Positions 20,975 through 30,512 of a DNA stretch of 44,788 nt are shown here, piece by piece. The notes beneath the pieces were generated by a model that saw only the letters and a program-made list of their open reading frames with translations, did not search any database and was not told the origin of the DNA. Origin of the DNA: Acidobacteriota bacterium (GTDB lineage Bacteria > Acidobacteriota > CAIWXX01). Location of the stretch: positions 1-44,788 of the forward strand of contig JBFMAF010000026.1 in NCBI GenBank assembly GCA_040755995.1, written 5' to 3'. Position 1 is the stretch's first letter. Every line of letters begins with the position of its first letter. The position numbers were made by a program, and so were the translations under genes.

Positions 20975-21003
20975 TTGACACCTTCGGGCCGATAGGGTGG
21001 AAT
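20975..21003 (+). promoter_or_regulatory. putative sigma-70 promoter (TTGACA-17-TGGAAT), probably giving a leaderless transcript
   Basis: TTGACA at 20975-20980, TGGAAT at 20998-21003; GTG start at 21010 with no SD. Confidence 0.45.
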
Positions 21004-21009
21004 AGCACC

Positions 21010-21630
21010 GTGGACTACCCAGAATCCGAGTTACGCGGCGTCTACGACGCGTACCATGAGCGAGTCCGGAATTTCGCGTCGAAGCTGATCGGCCGCGACT
21101 CGGCCGATGACATCGCGCAGGAGGTGTTCATTCGGATCACGCAGCACCTCGAGAACCTCAAGGATCCCTCGAAGCTGACTTCATGGATCTATGCAATCAC
21201 GCTGAATGTCGTCCGCGACACGATGAGGAATCGCGCAGCGAGAGGCGAAGGGACCGCAGTATGCGCAGTGGCAGGAGAGCCGGACGAGAAGATGGAACGG
21301 CTTCCGGACCGGACATCGCGCAGCGCCGAGGAGATTGCCATCAGGAAAGAGATGCTGGAGTGCTACCTCAACTACGTTGAGCAGCTGCCCGATCACTATT
21401 ACGAAGTGTACGCCCTCAGCGAACTGGAAGATCTCTCCAACCAGGAGATCGCGGACCGGCTGTCGCTGTCCCTCGACACCGTGAAGATCAGGCTTCACCG
21501 GGCACGCACGAAGCTATACGAGGAGCTCCGGCAAAACTGCCGGTGCTACTACAACGAGCGAGGCGAGCTCATGGGTGAGCCGAAGCGGGATCCGCCTGCC
21601 CCGCCCGGCTCGACGGCGAGAGACCGCTGA
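21010..21630 (+). CDS. ECF sigma-70 factor with C-terminal CxC extension
   Basis: ADDIAQEVFIRI, SWIYAITLNVVRD and TVKIRLHRARTKL motifs, then NCRCYY. Confidence 0.9.
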   Translation: MDYPESELRGVYDAYHERVRNFASKLIGRDSADDIAQEVFIRITQHLENLKDPSKLTSWIYAITLNVVRDTMRNRAARGEGTAVCAVAGEPDEKMERLPDRTSRSAEEIAIRKEMLECYLNYVEQLPDHYYEVYALSELEDLSNQEIADRLSLSLDTVKIRLHRARTKLYEELRQNCRCYYNERGELMGEPKRDPPAPPGSTARDR

Positions 21631-21700
21631 CCTCGCGGCTTGCCCTCGCGCGGGTCCTGATCTGCGCCACATCTCCCTCGACGGCGCGTGATGCCGTTGC

Positions 21701-22768
21701 TCAGGCCGCGCGCGCGACGATTCTGGTCAGCAGCCTTGTTCCCAGCCATGCACCGGCCACGATCCCCGAGGTGCCGATGAGGCTGCCCACGCTGAACTGC
21801 GGAAGTCCTCCAAGCACGTGCGTCACGTTGCAGCCCATCATCATCGTCGTACCCAGGCCCATCAAGAAGCCCCCGACGACCGAACTGATGAGCTGCCTTC
21901 GCGCCGGCAGCCGCCATCTGAACCTCCGGTGGGCGAGCGCCGAAAGCGCGCAGCCTAACAGAAACGATGATCCAACTATGGTCATCCTGGGGTGTTTCAA
22001 GAGGAGGCCGAAAGCCGGATTGGCGAGTGTCCAAGAGCTATTCGCCAGATAGCTGATTCCCGCAGCCCCATATGCCATCATCCCGGCCATTCCCAGAGGC
22101 TGGGCGAGTAGGCCGAAGTAGATCGTGTTCAGCACAGCGACAATCACGCCGCCGACGACGAAGCTCGACCAGCCCCTGTTGGCGTTCCCGGCGGCTGTGT
22201 GAGCGGGTGCGGCCTTGGCCCTTCCAGCGTACAGCCGCCATGCCCCATAACCCAGCGCGCAGACGGCGGTTGCCAGCACGGCAAAGAGGAAGGGGTTGAG
22301 CCCGAGCAGCTCCGGCACAGTCGTCTTCTGCGCAACCGGCTCCGCCTTGACGTCTGTGCCTCGCATGAACGATGCAAAGAGGCTCTGTACGAAAGACATG
22401 GCCACCACGAGCGAGCCGATCCCCAGAACCACGCCGATGAAAGCGAAGAACGATGCAACATAGCCCTGTCCCATCTTGATGAACGTGCCGCTGATGCAAC
22501 CTCCTGCGAGAACCATCCCGACCCCGAAGATCATGCCGGCAAGGATGTTAGTGGGCCAGAGCGGGTTCGCCGCCGTCTCGACGATTCCGAACCCGATCAG
22601 CAGATTGAACCCCACGGCCGACGCCAGGAGCGCGGCCAGCAGCCCCTTCAGTCTTTGCGTGTCGCCGAACAAGAACGCGTCGGCCATCATCGAGTTCATG
22701 CAGAAGTGGTACTTCTCGAAGACAACGCCGAAGATCAGCCCGAGCACAATCGCGAATGTCGTGTTCAC
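21701..22768 (-). CDS. YeeE/YedE-family sulfur-compound (thiosulfate) transporter
   Basis: FCMNS, GMVLAGGCISG and MMGCNV Cys motifs; multiple TM helices; GTGA overlap with tusA. Confidence 0.9.
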   Translation of the reverse strand: MNTTFAIVLGLIFGVVFEKYHFCMNSMMADAFLFGDTQRLKGLLAALLASAVGFNLLIGFGIVETAANPLWPTNILAGMIFGVGMVLAGGCISGTFIKMGQGYVASFFAFIGVVLGIGSLVVAMSFVQSLFASFMRGTDVKAEPVAQKTTVPELLGLNPFLFAVLATAVCALGYGAWRLYAGRAKAAPAHTAAGNANRGWSSFVVGGVIVAVLNTIYFGLLAQPLGMAGMMAYGAAGISYLANSSWTLANPAFGLLLKHPRMTIVGSSFLLGCALSALAHRRFRWRLPARRQLISSVVGGFLMGLGTTMMMGCNVTHVLGGLPQFSVGSLIGTSGIVAGAWLGTRLLTRIVARAA

Positions 22769-23034
22769 CTGACATGCTCCTCTCGTGAGGGGCGCGCCCT
22801 TTTCTTGATCAGCACGCGCCAGAACTTCTTCTCAACCTCGGCAATCTCGAACAGGTGGCCGGTCTTCCCGCAGAACGCCGGCACGGTCGTCCTCACCGTC
22901 GGCTCGGAGTCCGTCAACACCGCGAGCACCATCCCGGGCTCGATGCCCTTCAACGCCACCTTGAGCTCGATCAGCGGGTAGGGACAGATGTGCCCCCGCA
23001 CATCCACGGTCCGATCGATCTTGTCAAAGTCCAT
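22765..23034 (-). CDS. tusA: TusA/SirA-family sulfurtransferase
   Basis: VDVRGHICPYP (CPxP) motif; ~90 aa; GAGGAGG upstream of ATG 23034. Confidence 0.85.
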   Translation of the reverse strand: MDFDKIDRTVDVRGHICPYPLIELKVALKGIEPGMVLAVLTDSEPTVRTTVPAFCGKTGHLFEIAEVEKKFWRVLIKKRARPSREEHVR

Positions 23035-23044
23035 GTCCACCTCC

Positions 23045-23308
23045 TCACGCGAAGTTGATCACCTTGTGGGCCGCGATCAGATCGACGAGCTGACCATAGT
23101 CGATGAGCTCCACGAACGCGGGCAATCTGCCCGCCTGCCCCCTTCGTTCGGCGTCCCGTCTGATCGCATAGGTCTCAATACCCGCGACGCTGCCGCAGTC
23201 GAAATGGACGCCGTCCTGAATCAGCACGATCTTCGCATCGGTGTCCTCTGCCGCCAGGTTGAGCCCGTTCTCACCGAACGGTCTGTCCACGAGATAAAGA
23301 TTCCCCAT
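23045..23308 (-). CDS. dsrH: DsrH/TusB-like sulfur relay protein
   Basis: IVLIQDGV, YAIRRDAERRG and IDYGQLVDL motifs. Confidence 0.8.
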   Translation of the reverse strand: MGNLYLVDRPFGENGLNLAAEDTDAKIVLIQDGVHFDCGSVAGIETYAIRRDAERRGQAGRLPAFVELIDYGQLVDLIAAHKVINFA

Positions 23309-23325
23309 CGACGGCCTCCAGCCGG

Positions 23326-23676
23326 CTAGAAATCGATCACGAAGTCAGCTCCACCGATCAGGGAGAGCACCTCAGCGCGCGGGATGATCTCCACGTCGGA
23401 CGCGATCTCATCGGGCCGAATGCCTGCGGCTTCCAGGGACTCCTTTTCTACCGCGAGCCTGCAGCTCCACTCGGCCAACGTCGCCATGTACCGCGCCGCC
23501 TCGTTCCGCTCGACGCCCGCGAGCACGGAAAAGGCGCCGTCGCCCAGGAAGACAATGGAGACGTTGTGTTCGTCCGGAGTCGAAATCATGCCCATCGCCG
23601 CCCGCAGCCCCTCGACGCAGTGGACGCTCCCATGGGGAGCGTGGTTGATCGTGAGCAACATCGTCTTCTGCGCCAT
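23326..23676 (-). CDS. dsrF: DsrF/TusC-like (DsrE family) protein
   Basis: HAPHGS..EGLRAA, FLGDGA and ESLEAAGI motifs; located between dsrE-like and dsrH-like genes. Confidence 0.75.
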   Translation of the reverse strand: MAQKTMLLTINHAPHGSVHCVEGLRAAMGMISTPDEHNVSIVFLGDGAFSVLAGVERNEAARYMATLAEWSCRLAVEKESLEAAGIRPDEIASDVEIIPRAEVLSLIGGADFVIDF

Positions 23677-23698
23677 ATCCCAACCTCTTCTGAAGCGA

Positions 23699-24049
23699 TC
23701 ACAGACTCACGAGGCGATCCATCTCGGCGATCAGCATCGCGAAGTCAGGCTGCCCTCCTACCGCCACACCTTCGGGGTAGTCGCGACACGCGAATCCGCG
23801 GGCCTCGGCCGCCGTGCCGCAGACGAGAACTCGAGCTCCTCTATCAATCAATCTCGCGAAGCTCTGGTGCAGAAACCCGTTCGATCGGGCTGCCGTGCGC
23901 GGGCGGACGGGACCGTATACTCCGTCCGCGGAGAGCAGGAAGACAACCTCGTGACCCTTGTCCAGTGCAGCCTCACCAATGCTCACGGCAGTCTCGCAAT
24001 TCGCGACCTGGAACGGACCACCCGTGACCAGTATACCAATGCGAGCCAT
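23699..24049 (-). CDS. dsrE: DsrE/TusD-like sulfur relay protein
   Basis: ILVTGGPF, GHEVVFLLSADGVY and VCGTAAEARG (active-site Cys); GGAGG before ATG 24049. Confidence 0.8.
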   Translation of the reverse strand: MARIGILVTGGPFQVANCETAVSIGEAALDKGHEVVFLLSADGVYGPVRPRTAARSNGFLHQSFARLIDRGARVLVCGTAAEARGFACRDYPEGVAVGGQPDFAMLIAEMDRLVSL

Positions 24050-24413
24050 CAGACCCTCCAGTTTTCGAATCTGCAACCATCCTCGAGCATCTATCCGACC
24101 CCGCTCCCCGGAATCAGCCTTTCTCCGCCGCCTCACTCCGTCCTCGAGCATCTCCTTCTCGAATGTATGGACGAATCGCCACTCGGAAAGGATACGGTCG
24201 AACCTGTCGGCCGGCGCAGAGGATCGCCGGAACGAGGTGAATACGACCGCGGCCCTGATTCTCTTCGCCGCCCAGTTCGCCCTGGGCTCAGGCGCTGTTC
24301 AGTCCTCCGAGGACCTGGATCGAGACGGACTCGCCGACGGGCTCGAACAGGAGACAGCCGGAGGCCGCCTAAGGTGCGGCGACGGCCGGCGATGGGCATG
24401 GAACGGAGAGTGC

Positions 24414-24800
24414 CTAGAACCACGCCTCTCGGATCAGGAAGTAGAGAACAAGGAGTAGCACGGCGACTGCTCCCAGAAGCACCACCCACCTCACGAACAT
24501 CTGCATGGACGCTACCCATCGCTTCGGCGTGCATACCATGAGTTGCGGGTCGACAGCTGACTGGAGTGAGTGGCCGGACAGGAGCCGCTCCGCGTAGTCG
24601 GCATGCCCCTGTTGAGCCAGTACCAGGAACGAGGGGACTTCCTCATCTGCCATGATGGGGTTGTGCTCGATATGGCCAAACCCCGCTTCACGCTCCAGCG
24701 AGCACGGCACGCCGTGTGATTCCTGAAGTTCAAGAGCGCGTCTGGCCTCACCGAGACTCGCACCTCGGAACACAACGACGAGATCGGAATCTGGTTCCAT
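24414..24800 (-). CDS. hypothetical membrane protein (DUF2007-like N-terminus)
   Basis: LVVVFRGASLGEA...LQESHGVPC...VLAQQGHADYAERLL pattern plus C-terminal TM helix. Confidence 0.55.
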   Translation of the reverse strand: MEPDSDLVVVFRGASLGEARRALELQESHGVPCSLEREAGFGHIEHNPIMADEEVPSFLVLAQQGHADYAERLLSGHSLQSAVDPQLMVCTPKRWVASMQMFVRWVVLLGAVAVLLLVLYFLIREAWF

Positions 24801-25053
24801 CGGTCGGAAGAATACCGATTCGCTCTACCACGTGTCAAAGACGATCAGAGCGTGGAAGGCGTTGACCTCTGCTATGCCCTCGTATCGTCGAAGAGAAGCA
24901 CGGACACCTGCCGGCTCCCACTCCGCTCACGCCCGCTGCAGGGCTCGGGAAAGCTGATCACTCGCGGAACTTTCGCTCGGCGGGCTGCGTAGAACAAACG
25001 TGGATTTGATCGCTCCCATTATCATCGTCAGCCGGCGATCCAAGGAGTGGAAT

Positions 25054-26892
25054 ATGCGCAGAAATCCCGCACTCATCGTCACTTTGCTTCTTGCTACCAC
25101 GACTGCTCACGCTGCAGATCCGCAAGGGACTCTTGCTCGCGCCAAGGCCGCAACAGGCGGCCATGCGTGGGATGGCGTCCGGACGATTCACACGAAGGTG
25201 AAGGTGTCCACGGGCGGCCTGACCGGCGTCGCCGAGTCGTGGGACGACCTGCTCTCGGGGCGCTTCGCAGACACCTATGAGCTCGGGCCCGTCGTCGGTG
25301 CCGAGGGTTTTGATGGGAAGGTGAGCTGGTCGCAGGACACGTCAAAGCAGGTCCTGACGCAGGGCAGCGGCGAGGCCTATGAGGCTGCAGCGAACGAGGC
25401 ATTTCGGCGTTCGTTGGCTTATTGGTTCCCTGAGCGGTGGCCGGCGGTGGTGGAGGACGGGGGCGGGCGAACCGAGGCCGGCCGGCAGTTCCTGGTCGTG
25501 CGAATCACTCCCAAAGGCGGGCGGCCCTTCGACATGTGGTTCGACGCGACTTCATACCTCCTAGACCGGACCGTCGAAAAAGGCGGCACAGAAACGCAGA
25601 CCACATACTTCTCCGACTATCGCACGGTTGGCGGTGTGAAGATCTCCCACTCACAGAGAGGGTCAAACGGGGAAACCAAGTACGACCAGATCATCGTCGC
25701 CGAATCGATTGATCTCAACCCCGTGATCGAGATGGCGAGATTTGAGGTTCCCGCGCCTCCGCCGCGAGACTTCGAGATCGCGGGTGGGGTGACATCGATA
25801 TCTCTTCCGTTCGAGCTCGTGAACAATCACATCTTCCTCACCGCGCGGTTGAACGGCAAGGGTCCGTACCAGATGCTCTTCGACACGGGCGGCGCTAACG
25901 TCCTGACGCCGACCATGGCGAGGCAGCTCGGCGTCGCCCCCGAAGGAGCGCTGCAAGGGCAGGGGGTAGGCGAGAAGTCCGAGGATATCGGACTGGCGCG
26001 CGTCGAGAAGGTCCAGCTGGGCGGCCTTACGATCAGCAACCAGGTGTTCTACGTATTTCCGCTCGAGAGCATGGAGAACGTCGAGGGCGCGGGCCCGTTC
26101 GGGCTGATCGGATACGAGGTGTTCAAGCGACTAGTTGTGAAGCTCGACTACGAGCACAAGATTGCTACCTTCACGACGCCCGAGGACTTCGCATACGAAG
26201 GAGGCGGTGCCGTCATTCCCTTCACGTTCAAAGACCAGATACCTCAGGTCGATGGTGAGGTCGACGGCATTGCAGGCAAGTTCACGATTGACACCGGCAG
26301 CCGGGCGTCGCTGGACCTGCACGCACCCTTCGTTGAGAAGTACAACCTGAAAGCGAAGTACCATCCCAAGGTCGAGGCTGTCACAGGGTGGGGTGTGGGC
26401 GGCGGCGCCCGCTCAGCCGTCACCCGCGCGAGCACTCTCAAACTCGGCCCAGTCGTCGTTCCAAACCCGGTCACCGAACTTTCCCTGCAGACCAAGGGCG
26501 CCTTCACCGACACGTATGTCGCCGGCAATGTGGGCGCCGGGATTCTCAAGCGATTTTCCGTGACGTTCGACTACAGCCGCCAACGGATGATCCTCGAACC
26601 GAATGCCCACCACGACGTCGCGGACGATTTTGACCGCGCAGGCATGTGGATCAATCTGGACGGCAGTTTCTTCAGTGTCGTGGACATCACCGCCGGCAGC
26701 CCCGCGGCAGAGGCAGGATTGAAGCCAGGCGATAGAATCGTCGCCATCGACGGCAAGAGCGCCATTGAAGTGAGGCTTCCTGCAGCGCGATTGAAGTTCC
26801 GCAGCGATCCCCCGGGAACGAGAGTCCGCCTGACCGTGCAATCCGGAAACACGACCCGTGAGGTTGAATTGATCCTGCGAGACCTGATCTAG
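25054..26892 (+). CDS. exported aspartyl protease (two retropepsin-like domains) with C-terminal PDZ
   Basis: Signal peptide; LFDTGG and IDTGS catalytic motifs; GSPAAEAGLKPGDRIVAIDG PDZ; AAGGAG before ATG 25054. Confidence 0.9.
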   Translation: MRRNPALIVTLLLATTTAHAADPQGTLARAKAATGGHAWDGVRTIHTKVKVSTGGLTGVAESWDDLLSGRFADTYELGPVVGAEGFDGKVSWSQDTSKQVLTQGSGEAYEAAANEAFRRSLAYWFPERWPAVVEDGGGRTEAGRQFLVVRITPKGGRPFDMWFDATSYLLDRTVEKGGTETQTTYFSDYRTVGGVKISHSQRGSNGETKYDQIIVAESIDLNPVIEMARFEVPAPPPRDFEIAGGVTSISLPFELVNNHIFLTARLNGKGPYQMLFDTGGANVLTPTMARQLGVAPEGALQGQGVGEKSEDIGLARVEKVQLGGLTISNQVFYVFPLESMENVEGAGPFGLIGYEVFKRLVVKLDYEHKIATFTTPEDFAYEGGGAVIPFTFKDQIPQVDGEVDGIAGKFTIDTGSRASLDLHAPFVEKYNLKAKYHPKVEAVTGWGVGGGARSAVTRASTLKLGPVVVPNPVTELSLQTKGAFTDTYVAGNVGAGILKRFSVTFDYSRQRMILEPNAHHDVADDFDRAGMWINLDGSFFSVVDITAGSPAAEAGLKPGDRIVAIDGKSAIEVRLPAARLKFRSDPPGTRVRLTVQSGNTTREVELILRDLI

Positions 26893-27133
26893 CGCAGGGG
26901 CCAGTCCGGTCACCCTGCCGCCGCTACCAAGGCAGGCGGTGGAGCTCGCGTGGGCGCATGCGGACCTTGGCTGCACCGGCGGCGTGGACTGGCGCCTGCC
27001 GGCCTGGTAGACTCGGCAACATGTATCGATTCTTCCAAGACGAACCTGCCTGCCCCACAGGCCCCGGGGGCGCTCGAACTGTGAGTTTGAGATCCGGCAA
27101 TTTCCAACCTGTGATCCAGGCGATGTGAGGTGA

Positions 27134-29395
27134 ATGGTGGCGATTGAGGCTACGATGTTCACCAGTAGATGGCTTGTGCTCGGCATCGTTCTGCCGGCCG
27201 TCGCGATGCGGATGGCGGGAGCGGAGCCTGTCAAGGTCCCGGGTACCTGGACGTGGGACAACCACAGCGGCTCCTGTGAGCTCACAATCGATGGCACATC
27301 GATCAAGGGCAAGTTCAGCGTCAGGTACGAGATCAAGCCCCCGACGCCGGGCCAACCCGGCGCCATTGTGGTCGGCGGAGAAGAGTTCGCCGTCTCCGGA
27401 GAGCTCGACGGCAAGCTCAACCCTCAGACCAACGAGGTGAACGGGACAGTCAGCGGAACCTGGAGCTACGAAGGCTACCCGCCTGGTCGCCAAAGCCCAT
27501 TTCCGCTCGGACGATCTGCTCCGTTCAGCGGCTCCTTCGCAGGCAACCTCGACGGCAACACCATCTCCGGAACATGGCGTGCAGAGGTCTCGGGAGAGAG
27601 CTACTCGGACTACCCGCAAGTCCCGCCTACCATCGCGGGCACCCTGGGCGCGCAGTCCGCGTCGAGACCTCCTCAGTGCCCGGAGGGCTACAACTTCTAT
27701 ACTCGGGAAGACCTCGAAGGCTACTACACCGGCAAGCCCTCGCTGCTCTTCTCCCGCGAGCAGCTTACGAAGGAGATGGTCTCGGCTCTGCAACGATTCA
27801 AATCCGAAGGAGGCACGCCGCAGAGCGGAGTCGGCTGGCTCGAGGCGAAGGATATCGCGCGCGAGATGGCGACAAGGGCCCTGCCGACGGGCAAGGAGGC
27901 CGAGTTGAAAGCGGCCGCCCAGGCGGCGGCGAGCTCGGGCAAACGATTGTCTCCCGGGGATCTGTTCTACCTGGCTCTCAAGGTCAACGGCGGAAACGTG
28001 AAGAACGCGCTCTTGACCAGCCACGCAGTTCTCTACAGGGATGCCGGGAAGAAGAACAGCCAGTTCATCAAGGACACGCTGCTTCCGATGCGCGATCCCG
28101 AAGGCTACTCCGAGAAGCTGATCAAGGTGGGCAACCAACAACGCTCGGTGCGAAGTGTGGTCGGGGATGATCAGCAGGGAGTCTGGTACCACTTCTTCGG
28201 CATGGCGGCGGTCGAGTTCTCCGACTACAATGGCGCTACCGGAATGGCTCCGATGTGGGCAGTCCGCATGGGGGCGGAGAACGCCGACGGTGTGTTCGCA
28301 TCCCTGGCCAAGCGGATCAAGAACGTTCCCGCAAGCGGCCTGGGCGGAAACCTGGCGGATTTCTCGATCGCTCTCGAGAACGAATTCCGCAAGGACGGGT
28401 CGGCGCCCGACCCCGACAAGCAGTGCGTCAACTACTCGGGCATTGCCGCCGGCCGCGCGCTGGCCAAGGAGCTGGAACCCAAGGCCAATCCGGCCGTGAC
28501 TGCCTACCAGGACAGGAGGCTCGAGGAGTACAGGATCCGTGGTGTGGTGATCGAGAAATCGCCGTTGTCCATGGAGATCATCGGGACCAGCGGCGAGCGC
28601 TTCGCCTTCGATCAGCGGCACAAGCGTTTCTCCGGCAACACGCCATTTGTGCTCTTCGAACCGCTTGACGAGCCGGACGGGACATGGGGGCTCATAGTCG
28701 CGCCTCTGTTCCCCGTACGGAGCATCGCATTCGCTGGAACCGGCACAGGCGATGCCACGGTCGGCTTCCACAACCTGGACCGCAGCACCACGGGAGTCTA
28801 CCAGGTGCCGATCACCGATGGCACCACGGTCGTACTCGAAGGGTGGGACTCCAGTCCGGTCCTGAGGGTGAACGGACAGCCGGTCGAGCCGGTGGGGGCC
28901 GAGGTCGCTGCCGAGCCTGAGGACAGGCCCGATGCGATCCCTGCGCCTCGACCGCCCGCCGCGGTGGGGGCGCACGAGGCCGCTCGCGACGGCCGCCTCG
29001 TGGCATACGACGACGGCACGGTGCTGGACACCGAGAGCGGATTGATGTGGGCGGCGAAGGACAACGGCGCGAATATCAAGTGGGACGCAGCCACCGCGTA
29101 TTGCGCAAGCTTCAGAGCAGGAGGGCACTCGGACTGGCGGATGCCGACTACAGCCGAGCTGCGCAGCATCTATGACGACAGCCGAAAGGGATACAGATGC
29201 GCCTGCCGCAAGTACCTTCCGCTGCTTGGCGCATATGACCACGTGCTCGTGACGCCGCTGATCCAGTTGAGCTGTGACTGGGTGTGGGGCGGGCCGACCC
29301 CCATGATGTTCGGCTTCAACTGCGGGGAGGAGAAGCGGGGGGACCGAAAATTCGCCGCCGGTATGCGTGTGCTCCCGGTCCGCTCCACCAGGTGA
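27134..29395 (+). CDS. exported multidomain protein with C-terminal DUF1566 (Lcl) domain
   Basis: Signal peptide; DDGTVLDTESGLMW...WDAATAYC...GGHSDWRMPTTAELRSI...VLPVR is the DUF1566 signature. Confidence 0.82.
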   Translation: MVAIEATMFTSRWLVLGIVLPAVAMRMAGAEPVKVPGTWTWDNHSGSCELTIDGTSIKGKFSVRYEIKPPTPGQPGAIVVGGEEFAVSGELDGKLNPQTNEVNGTVSGTWSYEGYPPGRQSPFPLGRSAPFSGSFAGNLDGNTISGTWRAEVSGESYSDYPQVPPTIAGTLGAQSASRPPQCPEGYNFYTREDLEGYYTGKPSLLFSREQLTKEMVSALQRFKSEGGTPQSGVGWLEAKDIAREMATRALPTGKEAELKAAAQAAASSGKRLSPGDLFYLALKVNGGNVKNALLTSHAVLYRDAGKKNSQFIKDTLLPMRDPEGYSEKLIKVGNQQRSVRSVVGDDQQGVWYHFFGMAAVEFSDYNGATGMAPMWAVRMGAENADGVFASLAKRIKNVPASGLGGNLADFSIALENEFRKDGSAPDPDKQCVNYSGIAAGRALAKELEPKANPAVTAYQDRRLEEYRIRGVVIEKSPLSMEIIGTSGERFAFDQRHKRFSGNTPFVLFEPLDEPDGTWGLIVAPLFPVRSIAFAGTGTGDATVGFHNLDRSTTGVYQVPITDGTTVVLEGWDSSPVLRVNGQPVEPVGAEVAAEPEDRPDAIPAPRPPAAVGAHEAARDGRLVAYDDGTVLDTESGLMWAAKDNGANIKWDAATAYCASFRAGGHSDWRMPTTAELRSIYDDSRKGYRCACRKYLPLLGAYDHVLVTPLIQLSCDWVWGGPTPMMFGFNCGEEKRGDRKFAAGMRVLPVRSTR

Positions 29396-29396
29396 A
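29238..29396 (+). repeat. direct repeat copy 1 (3' end of DUF1566 gene)
   Basis: Manual alignment with 31447-31606: 19 substitutions and one 1-bp indel over ~160 bp. Confidence 0.9.
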
Positions 29397-29411
29397 TTCG
29401 TACGCGACCGG

Positions 29412-29447
29412 CACTTCGCAGTATCAAAGCCGCGGCCCCATTGAGGC
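29412..29447 (+). CRISPR. solitary degenerate CRISPR repeat 1
   Basis: CACTTCGCAGTATCAAAGCCGCGGCCCCATTGAGGC matches the array repeat at 30/36. Confidence 0.85.
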
Positions 29448-29759
29448 ACGCAAGCATCGATGCGCCTCGATCTCCGCGCACGAGGGCAATCGGCGATGAT
29501 GTTCAGAACCTGCGTCGCATCTACCCGCACCTCGGCACCGATTTCCAGGCCAAAGAGGCAGTCCGCTCACACGTTGCACTATCGCCCGCGCTGACCTATA
29601 TTCGATCTGTGCAGAAACTGGTGGGATTGGCTGGCGTGGTCGCAATCATCTTGCTCGGGTTCGTCCCGCTCGTTGCGGGCGAATTCGCCTGTGAGCGTGA
29701 CGCCGTTTCCGCCGGTGCCGTCGCCCCACGGACCAGGCTGACGTGTTAGGAGAGCAACT

Positions 29760-30512
29760 GTGACGGGCAATGGGCCGAGGTCCGGCGAGGGGCCGGGCTC
29801 AAGCGGACAGCCGACTACTCCTGAGCGGGATCTATCGCCGGCCCCGCCTCCGCCGAGGTCATGGGAAGACGTCCTCAGCGCACAGCGCCTCCTGCAAGCA
29901 AGATTCCCAGATTGCGTGCTGGTAGGCGGCACCGCTGCCGCCCTCCACGCAAAGCACCGAGCGTCCTGGGACGGAGATCACGTCCTCATCGACCTCAAAG
30001 ACCGCTACGAAAAGATACTCCACGACCTTGAGCATGAGGCGGGGTGGATCACCAAGCGCAGAACGCCGCCGGTCCAAATCCTCGGACACTTCCACGGCGT
30101 CGAGACCGGAATTCGGCAACTGATCAGAAGCCGCCCCTTGGAGACAGTTGTGGTCGATGGCATCACCATCCCGACACTTGCAGAGATGGCGCGAATCAAA
30201 GGATGGCTCATCGTACGACGCAACGCGACCCGCGACTTCCTCGACTTCGTTGCACTATGCGACAAGTTGCAGGGCGAAGCCGCCGGCATCTTGCCTGCCC
30301 TTGAAGATCTCGATTCCTACTACCCGCAAGACCAAGGGGAATCCACGTTACGCCAACTCAGTCGCCAACTGTGCGAACCAAAGCCATGGGATCTTGATCG
30401 CGTGGACTTGCAGCTGTACAAAGAGCTAAGAGGGCCGTACAGAGATTGGAGCTACGTTCAGGCGCGGTGTCAAGAAGTCGCAGTGTCGTTAATGAAAGAA
30501 GCATTACGATGA
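29760..30512 (+). CDS. nucleotidyltransferase, AbiEii/AbiGii-like toxin family
   Basis: VLVGGTAAALHAKHRASWDGD (GG(T/S)...HRxSxDxD) and K...RNATRDFLD motifs; AGGAG before GTG. Confidence 0.8.
   Translation: MTGNGPRSGEGPGSSGQPTTPERDLSPAPPPPRSWEDVLSAQRLLQARFPDCVLVGGTAAALHAKHRASWDGDHVLIDLKDRYEKILHDLEHEAGWITKRRTPPVQILGHFHGVETGIRQLIRSRPLETVVVDGITIPTLAEMARIKGWLIVRRNATRDFLDFVALCDKLQGEAAGILPALEDLDSYYPQDQGESTLRQLSRQLCEPKPWDLDRVDLQLYKELRGPYRDWSYVQARCQEVAVSLMKEALR

Noticed and set aside
21701..24049. Selenocysteine read-through in the sulfur operon
   Set aside because: All expected catalytic positions are ordinary Cys, and the ORFs are full length.
26924..29530. 868-aa minus-strand ORF
   Set aside because: Antisense shadow of the DUF1566 gene in GC-rich DNA; no recognisable motifs.
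29441..29749. 102-aa ORF after solitary repeat 1
   Set aside because: Starts with TTG inside the repeat and has no RBS; at best a membrane-protein fragment.
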